From the NCBI GenBank assembly GCA_964016885.1, contig OZ024740.1:55924001-55988000 (forward strand): DNA of 64,000 bases, read 5' to 3'. The position numbers and the translations under genes were made by a program. Of this stretch, positions 53,664 through 64,000 are shown piece after piece (positions within the stretch are counted from its first letter, which is position 1; every line of letters starts with the position of its first letter). The DNA is from Eledone cirrhosa. Lineage: Eukaryota. The notes below the pieces were generated by a model. The model was not told the DNA's origin. It searched no databases and saw nothing but the letters and a program-made list of their open reading frames with translations.

Positions 53664-54182
53664 AGGATGGACCCACACCTGACCTCTCTTCGCTATATGA
53701 GAAGGTTCCTGTATAGGGTAACTAAGATTAAGTTGTGGATGCGATTGTGAGCCTGTCTATGAATGTACAGTATTTGTGTTTGAAAGAAGTGGCGAGAGAG
53801 CATGGTACTTCTACTGATTTATTGTTGCTTTAGTTTCCTGTTGTTTTCTTTCTTGATGTTGATGTCGTTATTGCAGCTGCTGTTGTTCGTGTTTATAATG
53901 TTGTTGGTACTGTTTTTTTTTTTTTGGTACTGCTGCAGCTACTATGAATAACGCTGTTACTGTTATCATTGATGATGCTGTTCCCTTTGTTGAACGTTGT
54001 TGTTCTTGTGAAGCACTACTATTGGCAGCACATGGGGGAAGTTGATTATATACCTCACTTCTGAAAAAGCAATTCCACGCACCAAAACTGCCTTGCTCTT
54101 ACTATGAATTCACTGTTGGGCTATATTTCATCTGAGGATCTCTCAATGTGGTCCTGTGACACTGCCTCTCGCCCTCACATTT

Positions 54183-54351
54183 ATAATTGTTTCTATTTTA
54201 GGCACAAGGCCAGCAATTCACCAGTACATTACTGGTACTTTATTTTATCGACCCCGTAAGGATGAAAGGCAAAGGTAACCTCGGCCGGATTTGAACTCAG
54301 ATCGTAAAGGGACGTAACTATGCTGGAAAGCATGTCCGACCCTCTACCGAT
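54183..54351 (-). mobile_element. SINE family A
   Basis: Consensus match. Confidence 0.87.
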
Positions 54352-54409
54352 GACAGAATAATATAGCAACGTTTTTTCTGTCAGTTGCTGACCCTTCTCA
54401 CCTCAACGT

Positions 54410-57400
54410 TTTGGTGGCGGTAGTGGTGGTGGTGGTAGTTTTGGTGGTGGTGGTAGTGGTGGGGTGGTAGTTTTGGTGGTGGTGGTAGTGGTGGTGGTGG
54501 TGGGGGTGTTGGTAGTGCTGGTGGTAGTGGTGGTGGTGGTGGTAGTGCTGGTGGTAGTGGTGGTGGTGGTGGTGGGAGTTTTGGTGGCGGTAGTGGTGGT
54601 AGTGGTAATGGTGGTGGTAATAAAGGTGGTGGTGGTGTTGATGGTGGTAGAGGTGGTGGTGGTAGTGGTAGTAGTGGTGGTAGTGGTGGTGGTAGTGGTG
54701 GTGGTGGTGTTGGTGGTGGTGGTAGTTTGGGTGGCGATAGTGATTGAGGTGGTGGTGGTGTTGGTAGTGGGGGTGGGGGTGGTAGTGGTGGTGGTGGTGG
54801 TAGTTTGGGTGGCGGTAGTGGTGGTAGTGGTGATGGTGGTGGTGGTAATGGCGGTGGTGGTGGTGTTGATGGTGGTAGAGGTGGTGGTGGTAGTTTGGGT
54901 GGCTGTCGTGGTGATGGTGGTGGTGGTAGTGGTGGTGGTGGTGGCGGTGGTAGTTTTGGTGGCGGTAGTGGTGGTGGTGGTGATGGTGGTGGTGGTAATG
55001 GCGGTGGTGGTGGTGTTGATGGTGGTAGTGGTGGTGGTGGTAGTTTTCGAGGTTGTGGTGGTGATGGTAGTGGTGGTAGTGGTGGTGGTTGTGATGGTGG
55101 TTGTGATGGTGGTTGTGGTGGTGGTGGTGGTAGTTTTGGTGGTGGTGGTAGTTTGGGTGGCGGTATTGGTGGTAGTGGAGATGGTGGTGGTAATGGCGGT
55201 GGTGGTGGTGTTGATAGTGGTAGAGGTGGTGGTGGAAGTGGTGGTGGTGGTGGTAGTGGTGGTGGTGGTGGTCGTCGTCGTAGTAGTGGTGGTGGTGGTG
55301 GTGGTGGTGGTGTGGTGGTGGTGGTGGTGTTGGTAGTGCTGGTGGTAGTGGTGTTGGTGGTGGTAGTTTTGGTGGTGTTGGTGGTAGTTTGGGTGGTGGT
55401 AGTGGTGGTACAGGTGATGGTGGTGGTAATGGCGGTGGTAGTGGTGGTGTTGATGGTGTTAGAGGTGGTGGTGGTAGTGGTGGTGGTGGTGGTAGTGGTG
55501 GTAGTGGTGGTGTTGGTAGTAGTGGTGGTGGTGGTGGTGGTGGTGGTGGTGGTGTTGGTAGTGCTGGTGGTAGTGGTGTTGGTGGTGGTAGTTTTGGTGG
55601 TGGTGGTGGTGGTTGTGGTGATGGTGGTGGTAATGGCGGTGGTGGTGGTGTTGATGGTGGTAGAGCTGGTGGTGGTAGTTTTGGTGGCTGTCGTGGTGAC
55701 CGTGGTGGTGGTAGTGGTGGTGGTGGTGGTGGTGGTAGTGGTGGTGGTGGTGGTAGTTTTGGTGGTGGTAGTTGTGGTAGTGGCGATGGTGGTGGTGGTA
55801 ATGGCGGTGGTGGTGGTGTTGATGGTGGTAGTGGTGGTGGTGGTAGTTTTGGTGGCCGTGGTGGTGATGGTGTGGTGGTAGCGGTGGTGATGGTGGTTGT
55901 GGTGGTAGTGGTGGTAGTGGTGGTGGTGGTGGTTGTGGTTGTGGTGGTGGTGTTGTTAGTGCTGGTGGTAGTGGTGGTGGTGGTGGTGGTAGTGGTGGTG
56001 GTGGTGGTGGTGGTGGTGGTGGTGGTGGTGGTTGTGGTGGTGGTGTTGTTAGTGCTGGTGGTAGTGGTGGTGGTGGTGGTGGTAGTGGTGGTGGTGGTGG
56101 TGGTAGTGGTGGTGGTGGTAGTGGTGGTGGTGTTGTTGGTAGTGTTAGTGGTAGTGGTTGTGGTGGTAGTTTGGTGGTGGTGGTAGTGGTGGTAGTGGTG
56201 GTGGCGGTGGTACTGATGGTAGCGGTGGTGGTGGTGTTAGTTTTGGTGGTGGTGGTGGTGGCTGTGGTGGTGGTGGTGTTGGTAGTACTTGTGGTAGTGG
56301 TGGTGGTGGTGGTGGTTGTTTCGGTGGTGGTGGTAGTTTGGGTGGCGGTAGTGGTGGTAGTGGTGGTGGCGGTGGTACTGGTGGTGGTGGTGTTAGTATT
56401 GGTGGTAGTGGTGGTAGTGGTGGTGGTGGTGATGGTGGTGGTGATGGCGGTGGTGGTGGTGTTGTTGGTAGAGGTGATGGTGGTAGTGGTGGTGGTGGTA
56501 GTGGTGCTGGTGGTGGTGGTGGTGGTAGTGGTGGTGGTGGTGTTCGTGGTGGTGGTAGTTTTGGTGGTGGTGGTAGTTTGGGTGGCGGTAGTGGTGGTAG
56601 TGGTGGTAGTGGTGGTGGTGGTGTTAGTGTTAGTGGTGGTGGTGGTAGTGGTGGTGGTAGTTTTGGTGGTGGTGGTAGTAGTGGTGGTGGTGTTGGTGGT
56701 AGTTTAGGTGGCGGTAGTGGTGGTAGTGGTGATGGTGGTGGTGGTAATGGCGGTGGTGGTGGTGGTGTTGATGGTGGAAGTGGTGGTGGTGGTAGTTTTC
56801 TTGGCTGTGGTGGTGATGGTAGTGGTGGTAGTGGTGGTGGTTGTGGTGGTGGTGTTGGTAGTGATGGTGGTTGTGGTAGTTTGGGTGGCGGTAGAGGTGG
56901 TAGTGGTGATGGTGGTGGTAATGGTCGTGGTGGTGGTGGTGTTGATGGTGTTAGAGGTGGTGGTGGTAGTGGTGGTGGTGGTAGTAGTGGTGGTGGTGGT
57001 GGTGTTGGTAGTAGTGGTGGTGGTGGTGGTGGTGGTGGTGGTGTTGGTACTGCTGCTGGTAGTGGTGTTGGTGGTGGTAGTTTTGGTGGTGGTGATGGTG
57101 GTAGTGGTGAAAGTGGTGGTAATGGCGGTGGTGGTGGTGTTGATGGTGGTAGAGCTGGTGGTGGTAGTTTTGGTGGCTGTCGTGGTGACGGTGGTGGTGA
57201 TAGTGGTGGTGGTGGTAATGGCGGTGATGGTGATGTTGATGGTGGAAGAGGTGGTGGTGGTAGTTTTGGTGGTTGTGGTGGTGATGGTGGTGGTGGTAGT
57301 GGTGGGGTGGTGGTGGTACTGGTAGTAGTGGTGGTGGTGGTGGTAGTTTTGGTGGTGGTGGTGGTAGTGGTGGTGGTGGTAGTTTTGTGGTGGTAGTGGT

Positions 57401-59827
57401 GGTAGTGGTGATGGTGGTGGTGGTAATGGTGGTGGTGGTGGTGTTGATGGTGGTAGTGGTGGTGGTGGTAGTTTTGGTGGACGTGGTGGTGATTGTGTGT
57501 TGGTAGCGTTGGTTATGGTGGTTGTGGTGGTAGTGGTGGTAGTGGTGGTGGTGGTGGTTGTGGTTGTGGTGGTGGTGGTGGTGTTGTTAGTGCTGGTGGT
57601 AGTGGTGGTGGTGGTGGTGGTAGTGGTGGTGGTGGTGGTGGTAGTGGTGGTGGTGGTGGTTGTGTTTGTGGTGGTGGTGGTGGTGTTGTTAGTGCTGGTG
57701 GTAGTGGTGGTGGTGGTGGTAGTGGTGGTGGTTGTGGTGGTGGTGGTAGTGGTGGTGGTGTTGTTGGTAGTGCTAGTGGTAGTGGTTGTGGTGGTAGTTT
57801 GGTGGTGGTGGTAGTTTGGGTGGCGGTAGTGGTGGTAGTGGTGGTGGCGGTGGTACTGGTGGTAGTGGTGGTGGTAGTGTTAGTTTTGGTGGTGGTGGTG
57901 GTGGTGGTTGTGGTGGTGGTGGTGTTAGTAGTGCTTGTGGTAGTGGTGGTGGTGGTGGTGGTAGTGGTCGTGGCGGTGGTACTGGTGGTGGTGGTGTTAG
58001 TTTTGGTGGTAGTGGTGGTAGTGGTGGTGGTGGTGATGGTGGTGGTAATGGCGGTGGTGGTGGTGTTGATGGTGGTAGAGGTGGTGGTGGTAGTGGTGGT
58101 GGTGGTGGTAGTGGTGCTGGTGGTGGTGGTGGTGGTAGTGGTGGTGGTGGTGTTCGTGGTGGTGGTAGTTTTGGTGGTGGTGGTAGTTTGGGTGGCAGTA
58201 GTGGTGGTAGTGGTGGTAGTGGTGGTGGTGGTGTTAGTGTTGGTGGTGGTGGTGGTAGTGGTGGTGGTAGTTTTGGTGGTGGTGGTTGTAGTGGTGGTGG
58301 TGTTGGTTGTAGCTTTGGTGGCGGTAGTGGTGATAGTGGTGATGGTGGTGGTGGTGGTGGTGGTGGTGGTGGTGGTGGTAGTGGTGGTGGTGGTGTTGTT
58401 GGTAGTGCTGGTGGTAGTTTTGGTGGTGGTGGTAGTTTGGGTGGCAGTAGTGGTGGTAGCGGGGTGGCGGTGGTACTGGTCGTAGCGGTGGTGGCGGTGG
58501 TACTGGTGGTAGTGGTGGTGGTGGTGTTAGTTTTGGTGGTGCTGGTGGTAGTGGTGGTTGTTGTGGTGGTAGTGTTGGTAGTGCTTATGGTAGTGGTGGT
58601 GGTGGTGGTTGTGGTGGTAGTTTCGGTGGTGGTGGTAGTTTGGGTGGTGGTAGTGGCGGTAGTGGTGGTGGCGGTGGTACTGGTGGTGGTGGTGTTAGTT
58701 TTGGTGGTGGTGGTGGTAGTGGTGATAGTGGTGGTGGTGGTTGTGTTTGTAGTGTTTGTGGTAGTGGTGGTGGTGGTGGTGGTAATGGCGGTGGGGTGGT
58801 GTTGATGGTGGTAGAGGTGGTGGTGGTACTGGTGGTGAAGGTGGTGGTAGTGGTCGTGGTGGTGGTGGTGGTGTTGGTAGTGCTGGTGGTAGTAGTGGTG
58901 GTGGTAGTTTGGGTGGCGGTAGTGGTGGTAGTGGTGGTGGTTGTGGTGGTGGTGTTGGTAGTGATGGTGATTGTGGTGGTGGTGGTAGTTTTGGTGGTGG
59001 TGGTAGTTTGGGTGGCGGTTGTGGTGGTAGTGGTGATGGTGGTGGTAATGGTGGTGGTGGTGGTGTTGATGGTGGTAGAGGTGGTGGTGGTAGTGGTGGT
59101 GGTAGTGGTGGTGGTAGTAGTGGTGGTGGTGATGGTGGTGGTGGTGGTGGTGGTAGTGCTGGTGGTAGTGGTGTTGGTGGTGGTAGTTTTGGTGGTGGTG
59201 GTGGTAGTGGTGATGGTGGTGGTAATGGCGGTGGTGGTGGTGTTGATGGTGGTATAGGTGGTGGTGGCTGTTTAGGTGGCTGTCGTGGTGACGGTTGTGG
59301 TGGTAGTGGTGGTGGTGGTAATGGCGGTGATGGTGATGTTGATGGTGGTAGAGGTGGTGGTGGTAGTTTTGGTGGTTGTGGTGGTGATGGTGGTCATGGT
59401 GGTAGTGGTGGTGGTGGCGGTGGTACTGGTAGTAGTGGTGGTGGTGGTGGTAGTTTTGGTGGTTTTGGTGGTAGTGGTGATGGTGGTGGTGGTAATGGCG
59501 GTGGTGGTGGTGTTGATGGTGGTAGTGGTGGTGGTGGTAGTTTTGGTGGCTGGGGTCGTGATGGCGTGATGGTAGCGGTGGTGATTGTGGTTGTGGTGGT
59601 AGTGGTGGTAGTGGTGGTAGTGGCGGTGGTGGTGGTGGTGTTAGTGCTGATTGTAGTGGTGGTGGAAGTGGTGGTGGTGGTGGTGGTAGTGGTGGTGGTG
59701 GTGGTGGTGGTGGTGCTATTGTTGGTGGTAGTTTGGGTGGTGGTAGTGGTGGTGGTATTAATGGTGGTGGTGGTGGTGGTGGTGGTGGTGGTGGTGGTAG
59801 TGCTGGTGGTAGTGCTGGTGGTAGTGC
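54410..59827. repeat. 5.4-kb GGT-based complex repeat with higher-order modules
   Basis: Recurrent module ggtaatggcggtggtggtggtgttgatggtgg (~17 copies) and agtttgggtggcggtagt. The triplet phase shifts about 10 times. Confidence 0.95.
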
Positions 59828-61620
59828 TGTATATCATGACTCAAACACTGTTCAATTTCCTGACATTTGTGCATTATTTTATGTACTATACATGCACTTT
59901 TGATGAGTTTTAGTGTACCTGAGCACTGTACACAATAATTTCATTATTATTATTAAAACCCCGCCGAGGTTAACTTTGCCTTTCCTCCTTACGGGGTCGA
60001 TAAAATAAAGTACCAGTAATGCACTGGGTAATTGCTGGCCTTGTGCCAAAAGTAGAAACAATTATTATTAAATGCAATGGAGAATACTTTTACCCATTGA
60101 GCAACAGTTCTCTCCCATCCAGTAACCTCTTACTCGAAACTATTGTACTTAGCAGATGTTCAATTAGATGATCTCCTACATCAACCAAACTGAACAATGA
60201 GAACGATCCTTACTCAACATCTAATAACAATCATATTTATCTAGAAGCAGTGGTTGCATGCAGTTGTAACGCATTAAAAGGATCAGACTCGTATTTTGTG
60301 CCTGTAAAACCTTTAGTAATACAGATCGGAGTCAAGCATATATATTTATATATATAATGTTTAATATAGAAATGGTTTCTAAAAGAGTACAACAGTTTCA
60401 TTCGAAAGAAATCATCGGGAAAGCGTGTGTTTGTAGATGATTTTATCTTTTGAGAGCCACTATAAGGCATATGGGTTTGAAAACTAAATACTCTACTAAG
60501 CATTGAGTACCTTACTTACGGTGGTTACCCCCATTTCTACTAATAAAACCACTTTCCTACACACATACACACACACACAAAATATATATATATTCTCTCC
60601 ATCTTAACATACTTCCACACACACCCATAACACCCATACACACACACACAACTCCCTCCCCCATTTCTACTAATAGAATCATCTTCCTATACACACACAC
60701 ACACACAAGCACACAAATAAACATACATATCTCTACTTTCTTTATTTCAATAGAAAGTCTAAATTCTGACACCCCAGCGAACCAGCCATATTCACTGAAC
60801 CAGAACAATTCTCCCATCCCATTTCTCTTGACCATTATCCCTTTTTTTGTCATAAAATTCTCTAAAAGGCTACAAAATAAATTCCCAAATACGGGCGCGA
60901 AATTTAATGAACTTGTTCACGTGACAGTCATAATTTCATTTATAACCAATCAAATTACATTTATTTAAAAAAAGCCTTCGTGAGCCACTTTTTTTATGTA
61001 AAAAGAAATTCAAACAAACTGACGCGAAAGCTGATGTGCTTATTCACGTGACTGCATCAACCAACCAAACTTCACTCATATATGAAAAAACAACCTGAGC
61101 CCCCCCCCCCCCCCCTTCGTTTGAAGGACTTTGTAACGCGAACTGGCGCGAAATTTGTTATACTTATTGACCGACCAATCAAATGACTTCTCTAAAAATC
61201 TGGCGTTTCGAGCCACTTTTTTCCATATAAAGCAAGTAACATTCAAAGACCAACCAGATGTGAGAAAAACCACAGACCCTCCATCTCAACTCTACTTTTG
61301 AAAAGCAGAAGAACTGCGAAACCGGTAAAGGAACCAAATAAATATATATATATATTTTTAAATAAAACTCAAGTTGCATTTTCGATTTCATCTTTTTTTC
61401 TTTATACTTTCACTCGTGTAGGACACCTCGGTTATTTTTCATTTTGTAAAAAAATCCCACTTTCTAATATATATATATATATATATATAATAGTAGAACA
61501 CTTGAGGGTTATATCCGTAGTAGTAGAACACTCAGTCCATGGGACGTGTTTGGTAGAAGTAGTTCCACAGCAGTTAGCTCACCATACCGAGGGTGAAGTA
61601 ACTGTTGTGGGACTACTTAC

Positions 61621-61655
<35 letters not shown>

Positions 61656-64000
61656 CATGTATGTATGTATGTTTGTGTGTGTGTGAGCGTGTGTTTGTAG
61701 GTGATTTTATGTTTTGAAAGCTACTATAAGGCAGGTAGGTTTGTAATATTTGGCAACAAAGTCGAGTGATGAAACAGATAGGTGGGGTTCAGTGGAGATG
61801 ACGAAAAGAGGAGAGAAAGAAAAGATAAAAAATCAGAGATAATATTTATTTGTCCCTATATTTCACATGTACCATCCATTTTCATGGGGTCCAAAGGGAA
61901 TCTCGGAGCATCTCCAGAGGCTTTTTTTAAATTTTTAATTTTTAAGTTCATTATGGGATGAATAGCTCATCAGAATCTAACTAAATTTAAATAATCTACT
62001 TCTCCAATGGGAGAAACATTTTAACTTCGTGAGCGAAGTTGTAAATAATAACGTTTAAAATATAATAAATCATAGAAAATATAAGGTGCACATATACATA
62101 CAAGCACTCACCATACAAATATATAATTAGGTGTGTGTATATGCGAGTGTATGTGTGTGTGTGTGTGCGCGCGAGCGTGTAAGTGTTTGTATGGGCCTAT
62201 ATGCATTCATAAATAAAGCTGCGCTATCTGAATTTGATGATTGTGAAGATGCTGAAATCACGAGAAATTACTCTTTACAATAAATTTAGTTCCTTACGTG
62301 CTACTCATATAATGAAATATGAGCAAGGAGACAACTCTTAGATCTACGTCCTTTGTAGCAATTCAAGATAATACTACTGAGCTGGTTTATAAGATAATTT
62401 CGTGAAAACAACAGTCAGGTTTCGATCAAATTGGATCTCCTCGCCGAAACATACTCTCTCAATATATATTTTGTAATATTTGAGGATGGACATTTTGCCA
62501 ATTTTGCAAATAGCAAACACAGTCATAATTTGCCTTTCACTTCAACTTTATTATTATTAGTTATTGGAGTCCAAGACAGCTGATGAACAGTCTGGTTTTC
62601 GCCAGGGATGCAGCACAGCAGACCAAATATTCACACTGCGGCAGGTTTTCGAAAAATCTTGAGAATATTGTCAAGAGGTACATTCGTGTTATGTCGAACT
62701 TGAAAAAACATATGACTGCATTCCACGGGCACTGATATGGAAGTTTCTGCAGGAGTATGAGATTGATGGTCAGCTTCTTGCTGCCATGCTGTCTCTATAT
62801 GAATGCCCAAGTATTTGTGTTATGATAAATGGTGCTAAATTGAAAGCCTATATGGCTGGAATAAAAATCAGTGCAGCGAAAACATTCATCCTCTCACAGA
62901 AGCTGCGTATAGCACTCTACATGTGAATGGAGTTCCACTGAAACAGATAGAGATGTTCAAGTAGCTCGGGGCTGTGTTCACGAGTGATGGAGTGCAAAAA
63001 GCTGAATTAAATTGCAGAAGTGGGTACAATGATGCGTCAACTTCAGCATTCAGTAATCAGAAGAAGGGAGGTAGACGTAAAAGCCAAACTAGCTATCTTC
63101 AATTCGGTGTTCTTGCCAACCCTTAACCGTGTTTCATGAATCTGTTTTAACATCACTTGATAGAGTGCGTTGCTCGGAGATCAGAGCATCACTCCAAGAA
63201 GAGCTGCTCCTTCCCCAAATTGAGAGATCACAGATCCGATACTATGGGTATGTGGTTAGAATGTCTCAGGAAAGAATCGCTGGGCAGATTTTACGGGCAA
63301 AACCAAGCGGCACGATACCCAGGGATAAACCCCGAGCAAGAAGGTTGGATAACATACATGAGCTTGGCTGGTCTCGCTTTGGGATCCAGCAGGATCAGTT
63401 GGAGACGGTTGGTTGCTTCTGTTGGAGAAGATGGAGACGGACCCACTGGAAGGAGAGTTTGAGGACTCTGCCTCTCTGGTTATCAGTTTTATTCGTATTT
63501 TCTAATGTATGTCGTGTTTGTAAATGTGTGAATATGTATATGATTTAGTTCTTGTTAGTAAATGATGGTGCAATAAGTAAAACATTTGACGTTATGCAAA
63601 GCATGTGACGTTATGGAAAAGTGATATCCTGTGGCTAGCGCAGGAACGGAGTGAAGTATTCATTAGAATCAACAAAATACAGAATGAAGACCATCGTTAC
63701 AATAACACCGATTTGGCAAGCCATTCCCTAATCACATCGGTCCTCTATTTTCTATTTTCTATTTTTGTTGGTGTTCGCCGTAATCCTGTTATCTTATGGA
63801 AATAATTCTGCAATTAACAGTTGATGAAATCGCCTAGGTCTTGATCAGATGGTAAAATTGTGTCATCGAAATACGTACAGTGTTCAATTGTAAAGAATGT
63901 TTCCAGTCCGGCCTTCTACTACCCTAATTATCGAGTACTCTGGTGAGTAATGGTCTAACCACTTTCAAACTGAATTCATATATATATATATATATATATA
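59828..64000 (+). repeat. Segmental duplication, copy 2 (runs off the window end)
   Basis: Matches 42153-46330, including the CR1 tail, SINE and RTE remnant. Confidence 0.95.
62565..63470 (+). pseudogene. RTE-clade LINE RT remnant (duplicate of 44895-45800)
   Basis: Identical ORF translations. Confidence 0.9.

Noticed and set aside
54464-59913. Poly-Val, poly-Gly and poly-Thr ORFs as CDS calls
   Set aside because: GGT repeats are stop-poor in several frames, and frameshifts and missing starts prevent a call. Kept only as a finding.

Overview
AT-rich, microsatellite-saturated eukaryotic DNA. The SINE and LINE families look like those of octopus, which is an inference. I can support no host protein-coding gene; almost all listed ORFs are read-throughs of (TA)n, (TG)n or (GGT)n. 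The window is a patchwork of tRNA-derived SINEs, RTE and CR1 LINE fragments, hAT and Tc/mariner MITEs, and degraded Penelope-like elements (PLEs). It also holds a 5.4-kb GGT-based higher-order repeat and a near-identical duplication of about 4.2 kb. The main hidden signal is RNA-structural. About 12 recognisable minimal type I hammerhead ribozyme (HHR) motifs from at least 8 unrelated sequence families are present, plus several half or variant motifs. They sit in short elements whose 3' ends usually abut (TA)n tracts and which often form fold-back palindromes. The best case is a >99%-identical 469-nt tandem and inverted array with three canonical-looking HHRs (46351-47893). It resembles a retrozyme and is a candidate source of circular RNA. 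Several palindromes turn exactly at HHR stem II, suggesting snap-back priming during reverse transcription. All folds were read by eye and none is experimentally or computationally validated.
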